Source: Eubacteriales bacterium (lineage in GTDB: Bacteria; Bacillota; Clostridia; Oscillospirales; CAG-272). Taken from it: DNA of 64,000 nt. The notes under the pieces are model-generated. The model was given only the letters and a program-made list of their open reading frames with translations. It had not been told where the DNA came from and did not search any database. The position numbers were made by a program, and so were the translations under genes. Shown here one piece after another: positions 29,529-36,845 of the stretch. The stretch is taken from the NCBI GenBank assembly GCA_045596925.1, contig JAZODH010000041.1:1594-65593 (forward strand), read 5' to 3'. Position 1 is the stretch's first letter, and every line of letters starts with the position of its first letter.

Positions 29529-29604
29529 GGGAGCATAGCTCAGTTGGGAGAGCATCTGCCTTACAAGCAGAGGGTCATAGGTTCGAGCCCTATTGTTCCC
29601 ACCA
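29529..29604 (+). tRNA. tRNA-Val (anticodon TAC)
   Basis: Hand-folded cloverleaf. Acceptor GGGAGCA/TGTTCCC, D stem GCTC/GAGC, anticodon stem TCTGC/GCAGA with loop CTTACAA, T arm ATAGG-TTCGAGC-CCTAT. CCA is encoded. Confidence 0.92.
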
Positions 29605-29649
29605 TCCGAGAAAGCACTCTCAGTGCGAGCTTTGAGTGCTTTTTTATGT

Positions 29650-29726
29650 GGCCCGGTAGTTCAGTTGGTTAGAACGCTAGCCTGTCACGCTAGAGGTCAG
29701 GGGTTCGAGTCCCCTTCGGGTCGCCA
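29650..29726 (+). tRNA. tRNA-Asp (anticodon GTC)
   Basis: GGCCCGGTAGTTCAGTTGG... Anticodon stem CTAGC/GCTAG with loop CTGTCAC. T arm CAGGG-GTTCGAGT-CCCCT. CCA is encoded. Confidence 0.9.
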
Positions 29727-29775
29727 ACACCTTTTCCGCAGGAAAAGGTGTTAGAAGATCTTTCATATGAAATAC

Positions 29776-29850
29776 GCGGATTTAGCTCATTTGGTAGAGC
29801 GCGACCTTGCCAAGGTCGAGGTGGCGGGTTCGAACCCCGTAATCCGCTCC
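29776..29850 (+). tRNA. tRNA-Gly (anticodon GCC)
   Basis: Acceptor GCGGATT/AATCCGC. Anticodon stem CGACC/GGTCG with loop TTGCCAA. T arm GCGGG-TTCGAAC-CCCGT. CCA is encoded. Confidence 0.92.
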
Positions 29851-29860
29851 AAAAATAAAA

Positions 29861-29891
29861 GGGAGAAGCAAAGCTTCTCCCTTTTATTTTT
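29861..29891 (+). terminator. intrinsic terminator after the tRNA cluster
   Basis: GGGAGAAGC-AAA-GCTTCTCCC hairpin followed by TTTTATTTTT. Confidence 0.8.
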
Positions 29892-29900
29892 CGAACGTAT

Positions 29901-30128
29901 CGGCTCGAACCCCTCCAATCTGCTCCGCAGATTGGAACAGTTTGCGGTATGAGGGCAAACGATTTGAACTGAACGTTTCCGCAAACGTGGGTTCAGAGCC
30001 CCGTAATCCGCTTCACGGCTCGAACCCCTCAGATTCGCCCCGCGAATCTGAACGATTTGCGCTGTGAGGGCTTTAAGTTTGGGTGAACATTGGCGCAAAT
30101 TTGGGTTCAGAGCCCCGTTTCCGCTCCA
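29901..30128 (+). repeat. two tandem ~115-nt units, each containing two degenerate copies of the T-arm/acceptor 3' end of tRNA-Gly plus two hairpins
   Basis: Units at 29901-30015 and 30016-30128, both starting CGGCTCGAACCCCTC. They end GGGTTCAGAGCCCCGTAATCCGCTTCA and GGGTTCAGAGCCCCGTTTCCGCTCCA. Compare the tRNA-Gly 3' end GGGTTCGAACCCCGTAATCCGCTCCA. Confidence 0.8.
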
Positions 30129-30163
30129 CTTTCGCTTGCGAAGGTGAGTTCGTTCTGCTGCGA

Positions 30164-30193
30164 GCGCGAAAAAAGCACGCCTTTCAGCGTGCT
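30164..30193 (-). terminator. intrinsic terminator downstream of tRNA-Arg(CCT)
   Basis: Minus strand reads AAGCACGC-TGAAAG-GCGTGCTT followed by TTTTCGCGC. Confidence 0.7.
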
Positions 30194-30268
30194 TGGCACC
30201 CGCAGCGAGAATCGAACTCACAACTAACCCTTAGGAGGGGTTTATTATATCCATTTAACTATGCAGGC
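30194..30268 (-). tRNA. tRNA-Arg (anticodon CCT)
   Basis: Minus strand GCCTGCATAGTTAAATGGATATAATAAACCCCTCCTAAGGGTTAGTTGTGAGTTCGATTCTCGCTGCGGGTGCCA. Anticodon stem AACCC/GGGTT with loop CTCCTAA. T loop TTCGATT. CCA is encoded. Confidence 0.85.
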
Positions 30269-30279
30269 TGACGTTGCCT

Positions 30280-30308
30280 ATTATACCATCCTTTTTCGAA
30301 AAAATCAA
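30280..30308 (-). promoter_or_regulatory. sigma-70 promoter for tRNA-Arg(CCT)
   Basis: Minus strand TTGATT, 17-nt spacer, TGg-TATAAT, about 12 nt upstream of the tRNA 5' end. Confidence 0.6.
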
Positions 30309-30377
30309 GGGGTACGTAACTTTTGCAACAGTTTTTTTAAAAAAACGTTATCTTTTCGTCTTTTCCAAAAAAATCTA

Positions 30378-30406
30378 TTGACTTTTTTCTCTCGGTATGG
30401 TATGAT
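30378..30406 (+). promoter_or_regulatory. sigma-70 promoter for the dockerin gene
   Basis: TTGACT (30378-83), 17-nt spacer, TGg-TATGAT (30398-406). Confidence 0.55.
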
Positions 30407-30440
30407 ATGTTTATAAATTATGTTTACATGAGGTGCTTTT

Positions 30441-30806
30441 ATGAAAAAAATCGTTTCAGTTTGTCTGGCAGTCGTTATGCTGCTCTCAGCACTGGTCGTT
30501 TCCGCATTCGCACTCTATGGTGATATCTACAAGGATAATGAGATCAACGGCAAGGACGCTGTAAAGCTGGCCCAGAAGCTGGCCGGCTGGGACATTGATT
30601 TTTCGGCAGAGGATGAAAAGAACGCTGACGTTTATTACGACGGCGTGATCAACGCAATAGATGCGGTTAAGCTTGCTCAGTATCTTGCACAGTGGTCTGT
30701 CACTCTCGGTCCTTCGGGTAACGTTGGCGGAGGTGACGAAGGCGGCGATACGGGCAATATTTCCGGCGGAGACATTGAGGTAGGTGCCGGAGACATTTTC
30801 GGCTAA
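30441..30806 (+). CDS. small secreted dockerin-domain protein (signal peptide, dockerin, Gly/Asp-rich tail)
   Basis: Signal peptide MKKIVSVCLAVVMLLSALVVSAFA. Two dockerin-type Ca-binding repeats: GDIYKDNEINGKDAVKLAQKLAG and ADVYYDGVINAIDAVKLAQYLA. No catalytic module. Confidence 0.75.
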   Translation: MKKIVSVCLAVVMLLSALVVSAFALYGDIYKDNEINGKDAVKLAQKLAGWDIDFSAEDEKNADVYYDGVINAIDAVKLAQYLAQWSVTLGPSGNVGGGDEGGDTGNISGGDIEVGAGDIFG

Positions 30807-30818
30807 TACGAACAAGTT

Positions 30819-30853
30819 AAGCGCGTTCGCTTCGGCGAACGCGCTTTTATTTT
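30819..30853 (+). terminator. intrinsic terminator after the dockerin gene
   Basis: AAGCGCGTTCGC-TTCG-GCGAACGCGCTT hairpin followed by TTATTTTAATT. Confidence 0.8.
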
Positions 30854-30873
30854 AATTAGAGAGGAGGATCGAA

Positions 30874-33126
30874 ATGGGGCTTTTTCACAGACGTCCGTTA
30901 GCACTTGGCGCGCTGTTGTTTATGCTGTCTGGCGCGTTGGCTTTTTTCTGCAACGTCAATTTAATTTTTCTCGGTGCGGCAGTGCTGGTCTTTTCTATCG
31001 TCATTGTCATAATGCTCCTGTGCCGCCGCAAGCAAATCATTCCGATCCTTCTTTTGATCTTTGCCATGATCTGCTGCGGGTTTCTGAGATTCCACTTTTA
31101 CAGATCGGATTTCAGCGATATTCTGCGCGAGTACGCAGGAAAGACCTCCGAGGTCGAGATGACGATAAATTCCGTGAAATATTCTCTTCCCTTCAGAAGC
31201 TCATACGAGGCAACGGTGACAAAGATCGACGGACAAGACACGGATGTTGACGTGATCTTTGAGGTAGGCTATGACGGCGGGCTGAGATCGGGAAACGCAA
31301 TCCGTACGCGCGCAGATATTTCGGATTTTGCAAAAAATGAGGACGGATTTGAGGAAAAGGCATATTACAATTCAAAGGGAATATTTCTGAAGGTAACCGA
31401 GGTAGAGGGACAGGAGCTTGAGATCACGGACGAAAACTCGCACGTCAACCGTCTTGAGATCAAAGCAGACCGACTCAGAGAAAAGCTGTCGGCCATGCTG
31501 GACCCGCGTCTCCCCGAAAAGAACGGTCTTCCCGCCGCCGTGTTTTTGGGCGATCGCTCGGCAGTTGAGGAAGCGGACAAAATGAGCTTCCGCAGAACGG
31601 GAACATACCACCTGCTGGCATTAAGCGGTATGCACCTTTCGGTGCTTGCGGGAATACTCGAATTCATTTTGAAAAGCCTGGCACTCAAAAAGGGCAAACG
31701 GCTTCTCATTGCCACGCTCGTCATACTCTTTTACGTGATGCTGACGGGGTTCGCTCTGTCGGTGGTCCGCGCGGCAATAATGCTCTTCGTGTCCTATTTT
31801 GCATACTTTGTCCGCCGAGAAAAGGATTCCCTCACCTCCCTGATGCTGGCAGGTGCGGGAATATGCGCCGTGTCTCCCTGCGCCATATCCGACGTAGGCT
31901 TTATCCTTTCATTTGCCACTACATTTGGGATCATCACATTTTATCCTGCCATTGAAGCGAATATAATTCGTGCCCGCTCGGTCAAACTCGCCGGACAGGC
32001 ACTTTACTATGTGCTGTCCTCTCTTTGCATCTCCGCCGTGGCACTCCTCTTTGCCTTGCCCGTTTCATGGCTGTATTTCGGCAAAGTGGCAGTGCTTTCT
32101 CCGGTGGGAACGCTTCTGCTTTCCCCTCTCATTTCCGCGCTGATGCTTTTGACACCTCTGACTCTCATCTTCGGCTCTGTTCCTGTGGTGGGAAGCTGTC
32201 TTGGGCAACTGACGCTGTGGACGTCAAAGGGGGCATCATATATGGCCGCACTCCTTGCAAGGCCCGACAATATAGAGCTGTCCCTTGACTACTCTTTTAC
32301 ACCATTCTTTTTCGTCCCGTTCTTCACGCTTATACTGACCGTCATATTCTTCAAATTAAATCATCTGAGATTTTACTATGCTTCCGCTCTTGCCATTATG
32401 CTCTGCTTCTTCGCGTTTCACACGGTCTACGTTCAGAACAGTCCTATTTCCGCTCAATTCCTCAGACGAGGTGAAAACGAATATTTTATAATCTCAAAGA
32501 GCGGGCAGAACACTCTCGTCGACTTGTCGGACGGCTCTTACGGCAATCTTTCTTACGTTGCGGGAGAAGCCGCCGCTATGGGATACTGTCAGATAGACGC
32601 CCTTGTGTTGACACATTATCACACCCGCCACGTCGCGACGATTTCCCGACTCATAAAAAATCAAACGGTCAGACGCATAATCCTGCCTGAACCCGTGAAC
32701 GAAAATGAGACCGATATTCTTCTCTCCATTGTGGAAATAGCCAAGGAAAATGAGATCGAAACGCAAATTTTCCCTCTCGACGAAAGCTTTACCCTGTTCG
32801 ACAAGACCGAAGTTACCCTTTCCAGAGACTATATCAAGGCTTCAACTCACCCAATATTAGCTCTTGATTTTGAGGGTGAGATCGACGTCTCCTTCCTTGG
32901 CTCTTCCTATGCTTCCTATCAGGAGATGACCGAGCTTCAGGAAAACGTGATAGTCGGCACTCACGGTCCCGTGCAGAAAAAAGAGTTTCATCTGCCTTTG
33001 CCCGAAAATATCCGTTTGCTGTCCTTGGCGGACAGGAATACGGCATCTCTCATGTCAAAGAACTGCCCAAAGCCGCCCGACGACTGCGTTATTCTGCTGA
33101 ATCCAACCATGATAAAGATAAAATGA
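30874..33126 (+). CDS. comEC: ComEC/Rec2-family DNA internalisation competence protein
   Basis: Polytopic membrane protein. Competence-domain motif TGTYHLLALSGMHLSVLAG. C-terminal metallo-beta-lactamase-like LVLTHYHTRH. Confidence 0.85.
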   Translation: MGLFHRRPLALGALLFMLSGALAFFCNVNLIFLGAAVLVFSIVIVIMLLCRRKQIIPILLLIFAMICCGFLRFHFYRSDFSDILREYAGKTSEVEMTINSVKYSLPFRSSYEATVTKIDGQDTDVDVIFEVGYDGGLRSGNAIRTRADISDFAKNEDGFEEKAYYNSKGIFLKVTEVEGQELEITDENSHVNRLEIKADRLREKLSAMLDPRLPEKNGLPAAVFLGDRSAVEEADKMSFRRTGTYHLLALSGMHLSVLAGILEFILKSLALKKGKRLLIATLVILFYVMLTGFALSVVRAAIMLFVSYFAYFVRREKDSLTSLMLAGAGICAVSPCAISDVGFILSFATTFGIITFYPAIEANIIRARSVKLAGQALYYVLSSLCISAVALLFALPVSWLYFGKVAVLSPVGTLLLSPLISALMLLTPLTLIFGSVPVVGSCLGQLTLWTSKGASYMAALLARPDNIELSLDYSFTPFFFVPFFTLILTVIFFKLNHLRFYYASALAIMLCFFAFHTVYVQNSPISAQFLRRGENEYFIISKSGQNTLVDLSDGSYGNLSYVAGEAAAMGYCQIDALVLTHYHTRHVATISRLIKNQTVRRIILPEPVNENETDILLSIVEIAKENEIETQIFPLDESFTLFDKTEVTLSRDYIKASTHPILALDFEGEIDVSFLGSSYASYQEMTELQENVIVGTHGPVQKKEFHLPLPENIRLLSLADRNTASLMSKNCPKPPDDCVILLNPTMIKIK

Positions 33127-33158
33127 CCCGAGCGGACATATCCGCTCGGGTCATTTTA
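33125..33158. terminator. bidirectional terminator between comEC and the helicase gene
   Basis: GACCCGAGCGG-ACATAT-CCGCTCGGGTC hairpin flanked by A-rich and T-rich runs. Confidence 0.7.
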
Positions 33159-35393
33159 TTGAAATTCCCGTGCAACTTCCTGCAACCTGCGCTCCGCCTC
33201 GTCGGCACGCAGGCGGTCGGCGCTGTAGGAACGGCGTAAAAGCTCACCGGGAATATACTCATCGTACTTCTCGAAAACGGGCATCTCCGTACCGCCAACA
33301 AGCGCGTCGCAGTCAATGCCGAAGTCTCTTGCGCGCTCGGCAAGCCGTGTGACAAACTCCCGCTCGTCGCACTCCATTTTCATAGAGATAAAGTAACAGC
33401 CCTCGAACTCAATGTTCGATATCTTGAACTCCTTTGCGTTCAGGGCAATATACTTGCGCAGAGTCCTGAAGGAGCGCGTTCCAAGCCACGGGAAGATGCA
33501 GTAGCTGTAACCGCCAAGGTGTACCACGCTTCGGCGAAGCATACCCGTATTTCTCGCCAGATGCCTTGCCACCTCAAGTCGGTGTCGGGCGTTTTCCTTC
33601 AGATACGGGTAGACAGTGTCCTCTTCCAGCACCCGCTTCATGCGCTCAAGAATTTTTGTATGTATCTCGCCGTAGTCGCCGGGCCAGGAAACCTCCATCT
33701 TGCCCGCGACCGCCTTTACGTATATGAGCTTTCGGGGAATATCAAGCTCCTCCACCTCCCAAACACGTCCCGCAAGAGCAAAGCGGTCCCCCACGGGCGG
33801 CGGGGTCGTGATAGTACCTATCTCGTCCGACTCACAACGGACCGTGTAGTCCTCGCTGTCCTTGAAAACGGCGTAGAACTTGAAGCTGTTGAGCAGTCTC
33901 TCACCCGCAAGACCTACGATAAGTCCCTTTTCCTCGGTCATTTCAAGGTAATCGTTTTTAAGCATTGAAACGATGAGGGTCTTGTAGTCCTCTTTGGTTA
34001 TTTCCTCAAAGGGCGGCATGGACAGTATTTTTTCAGCCAACCGTTTTGGGGTAAGCTCGCCCGATGACGCGCAAACGCTCAGCGTCTGCTGGAAAAGCAG
34101 ACTCATGGGCATTTTTTTGCGGTTCGGAGGCTCGATAAAACGCTCCTCGATGTAGAGCTGAATTATGGCAATAGCACGAAGTAAGCCCCAAGGAATTAGC
34201 TGTGGCAGAGGCGTATTTGGCAGAGGATTTTCCTCGCGGAAGACCATCATCATCTCAGGCGGCTCGCCGCGCCGTCCGCTTCGTCCGAGCCTTTGGAGGA
34301 AGGACGAAACCGAATTTGGCGCTTCGTTCTGAAGGATTCGTTCAAGCCGTCCGATGTCGATGCCAAGCTCCATTGTGACCGTGGCGCAAGTGACCGCCAT
34401 TTTCTCCTCGTCCTTCATCTTTTCTTCCGCTTCCTCGCGGATAGACGCAGAAAGGTTTCCGTGGTGGATAAGAAAAATGTCAGGGTCGCCGCGCTTCTCG
34501 GCAATTTGACGCAGAGTTGCGGTTACGTACTCGGTCTCCTCCCGCGAGTTGGAGAAAACAAGGGATTTTTTATTTTTTACGCAGTCGTACATATACTCGT
34601 ATCCCGGGTCGAGCTGTGCTATTTGAGGCTTTTCGTCTCCGCGCTCGGCGCCGTTTTCCTCTGACTGCGCGGCGTTTCTGTCCTGAATATAAAAATGCTC
34701 AAGACCGAGCCGCCAAGTTATTTTCGACTGCGGGAAAATCGAAATATCCGTTTCCCTGCCCGTGCCGCCCGACAGCCACTGAGCCGCCACTTCGGGGTCG
34801 CCAACGGTGGCGGAAAGCCCCACACGGCGCGGAATATGGCCTATCAGGTGCGCAAGCCTGCAAAGCTGGCAGATTATCTGGTTACCTCTGTCCGTGCCTG
34901 TGAGGGTGTGTATTTCGTCCAGGATAACGTACCGCAGGTCGTGGAAGAGGCGCACCATATCGTTTGAGCGGTTTATAAGCATGCTTTCAAGGCTCTCGGG
35001 GGTGATCTGCAGTATTCCCGAGGGCTTTTCAAGGAGTTTTTTCTTGTGGGATGCGGCCACGTCGCCGTGCCAATGGGTCACCGCTATCCCCGTACTGTCA
35101 AGCAGCTCTTCAATGCGCCCGAACTGGTCGTTTATAAGGCTTTTCAGAGGTGCAATATAGAGAACGCCGATACTTGCCGAGGGCTTTTCATACAGATCGG
35201 TCAGAATCGGGAAAAAGGCCGCCTCGGTCTTTCCGCTGGCAGTGGCTGAGGTGAGAAGCAGGTTGCGGTCGGTCTCAAAGATCGTCTTTGCGGCACTCAT
35301 CTGCACGTCTCGCAGACTGTCCCATCCGCGGGAATATATATATTCTTGTATGAAATCGGGAAATCTCGAGAAAATTCTGTCTGCCTCGGTCAT
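33156..35393 (-). CDS. DEAD/DEAH-box superfamily-2 helicase, Lhr-like
   Basis: Walker A SATASGKTEAAFFP. DEIH box ILDEIHTLTGTDRG. SAT-like LSATVG. Motif VI QRLGRSGRRG. Roughly 300-aa C-terminal extension. Confidence 0.85.
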   Translation of the reverse strand: MTEADRIFSRFPDFIQEYIYSRGWDSLRDVQMSAAKTIFETDRNLLLTSATASGKTEAAFFPILTDLYEKPSASIGVLYIAPLKSLINDQFGRIEELLDSTGIAVTHWHGDVAASHKKKLLEKPSGILQITPESLESMLINRSNDMVRLFHDLRYVILDEIHTLTGTDRGNQIICQLCRLAHLIGHIPRRVGLSATVGDPEVAAQWLSGGTGRETDISIFPQSKITWRLGLEHFYIQDRNAAQSEENGAERGDEKPQIAQLDPGYEYMYDCVKNKKSLVFSNSREETEYVTATLRQIAEKRGDPDIFLIHHGNLSASIREEAEEKMKDEEKMAVTCATVTMELGIDIGRLERILQNEAPNSVSSFLQRLGRSGRRGEPPEMMMVFREENPLPNTPLPQLIPWGLLRAIAIIQLYIEERFIEPPNRKKMPMSLLFQQTLSVCASSGELTPKRLAEKILSMPPFEEITKEDYKTLIVSMLKNDYLEMTEEKGLIVGLAGERLLNSFKFYAVFKDSEDYTVRCESDEIGTITTPPPVGDRFALAGRVWEVEELDIPRKLIYVKAVAGKMEVSWPGDYGEIHTKILERMKRVLEEDTVYPYLKENARHRLEVARHLARNTGMLRRSVVHLGGYSYCIFPWLGTRSFRTLRKYIALNAKEFKISNIEFEGCYFISMKMECDEREFVTRLAERARDFGIDCDALVGGTEMPVFEKYDEYIPGELLRRSYSADRLRADEAERRLQEVAREFQ

Positions 35394-35414
35394 CTTAATC
35401 TCCTCTCTGTATGG

Positions 35415-36698
35415 TCAGTTCTTTTTGCTCTCCGCTTTCTGCCTTGACTTCATTTTGTAAAGCTCCTCGGCGGCAAGGCGAGTTTTTGCAACCACGTCAC
35501 AGCCCTGTGGGAAGCAGTAATAGAGCCGTTTGCGATCCCCTATGCAAATGACGTCTCCTATCTCATACCAGAAATAGTCGGCGTAAAGCGAGTAGGAGAA
35601 AACGGGAGTCTGGCGGTACTCAAGCCGTCCGTTACAGCCCGTCAACAAAAAGCCGTTTTCGTCGTGAACAAGTCTTCCCTGTCCGACGCGATAAATTGCC
35701 TTGTAGTCCGCCATTACGCGGATCTCAACGGGAATATCAAGCTTGTATTCACCGCGCTCAAGCTCGGCGCGCACCTGTTCGCGCTCCCATCTGTACCAGT
35801 CGGGCACGTGGGTGAATTTTGCTTCCCCGTTGTCGCAGGAGAGCGAGCCGTCCTCCTCCAGCGTATAGGACACGCCGCACTCACGGCACTTAACGGTGAT
35901 GCCCTTACCTTCCATTTTGCCCTCGGTCATACAATGAGGACACTTGTAGAGCACGCGGTTCAGACCGTCTGCGCGGAAGGGTTCTCTGATCTTTATGCCG
36001 TTTTCCTTCTGCCATGCGAAATTGTCAAAGCTGAATTCCGCTTGGATACGCTGATTTATCTCGTCCTCGGTCAGAGCTTTTGCCTCCTCCGGGGAAATGA
36101 GATATTTGACGCGCGCACCGACCTTGACCTTCCTTATCTGAAGCTCGTTGTAAAGGGGATTTTTCAGAAAATTGCCGTATGTTATCATGGTCACCACGGG
36201 AACTTTGAGAAGCCTCACAAGTCCACCCAGGCTGGACGGCAGAGGCGTTGCGGTGCCGTCAAAGGAATAGCTTGCCTCAGGGTACATAAGTATCGAGGTT
36301 TTAAGCGTTTTCAGCGCGTAAGACATATCGCGTATAAGATTCATATCGGGAACGAATTTCTGTGTGGGAATACAGCCGATGGAACGCATGAGAAATTCCT
36401 TTCCCACAAAGCCGTCAGAGGTGCAGACGATAGACAGCGAGCGGGGGTAAAAATAGTGCTCCGCCATTTCCAGATCCAAAAAACAGGAATGGTTCATCAA
36501 AATAAGCGCAGGCTCTTTTTTGCCCAGCTTTTCCATGCCCGATTCGGTGAATTTTGCTCCGAGTCTGAAAAGGTCAATAGCAGAAAATGCCTTTATTATC
36601 CATTTCAAAATAAAAAGCGGTTTTCTCGGCTTTTTGCGGGCAGGCACGGGAATCGCCAGCACCTCCTCAAGTCTTTTGTTTTTCTGTTTGATCTTCAT
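35415..36698 (-). CDS. lysophospholipid (PlsC-type) acyltransferase-family protein with C-terminal zinc-ribbon-containing extension
   Basis: H(X)4D motif in LILMNHSCFLDLE and downstream YPEASYS. CPHC...CREC zinc-ribbon-like motif. ATG 36698 preceded by GGAGA. Confidence 0.7.
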   Translation of the reverse strand: MKIKQKNKRLEEVLAIPVPARKKPRKPLFILKWIIKAFSAIDLFRLGAKFTESGMEKLGKKEPALILMNHSCFLDLEMAEHYFYPRSLSIVCTSDGFVGKEFLMRSIGCIPTQKFVPDMNLIRDMSYALKTLKTSILMYPEASYSFDGTATPLPSSLGGLVRLLKVPVVTMITYGNFLKNPLYNELQIRKVKVGARVKYLISPEEAKALTEDEINQRIQAEFSFDNFAWQKENGIKIREPFRADGLNRVLYKCPHCMTEGKMEGKGITVKCRECGVSYTLEEDGSLSCDNGEAKFTHVPDWYRWEREQVRAELERGEYKLDIPVEIRVMADYKAIYRVGQGRLVHDENGFLLTGCNGRLEYRQTPVFSYSLYADYFWYEIGDVICIGDRKRLYYCFPQGCDVVAKTRLAAEELYKMKSRQKAESKKN

Positions 36699-36811
36699 AT
36701 TTATCTCCATTCTGTCACGCAGAGGATTTTCACATTTACATTATAATATACAATCAGGTATTTTTCAAGAAAAAAATCATGGAATATTGAACTTTGGCCG
36801 GCTAAACAGAG

Positions 36812-36840
36812 AAAGTGAGAGGCACGAGGCCTCTCACTTT
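36812..36840 (-). terminator. hairpin downstream of the sigma/anti-sigma operon
   Basis: AAAGTGAGAGGC / GCCTCTCACTTT 12-bp stem. The U-tract on the minus strand is imperfect. Confidence 0.45.
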
Positions 36841-36845
36841 GGTTT

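Noticed and set aside
29901-30128. Possibility that the 115-nt tandem units are a CRISPR array or integron attC sites
   Set aside because: There are only two units, directly abutting, with no unique spacers, and they are far longer than CRISPR repeats. The GTTTGCGG/CCGCAAAC arms do not fit the RYYYAAC/GTTRRRY attC consensus. No cas or intI gene is in the window.
29767-30271. Track ORFs 29767-29952 (+), 29787-30221 (-) and 30083-30271 (+)
   Set aside because: They overlap tRNA-Gly, tRNA-Arg, terminators and the tRNA-derived tandem repeat. They have no SD sequences. They are artefacts of stop-poor structured DNA.
29482-30320. Expectation of an integrase or genomic island next to the tRNA genes and tRNA-fragment repeats
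   Set aside because: Both sides were read. Upstream is a hypothetical housekeeping-like gene and downstream are the dockerin gene and comEC. No integrase, excisionase, phage or transposase ORF is present, so no mobile element can be called in this window.
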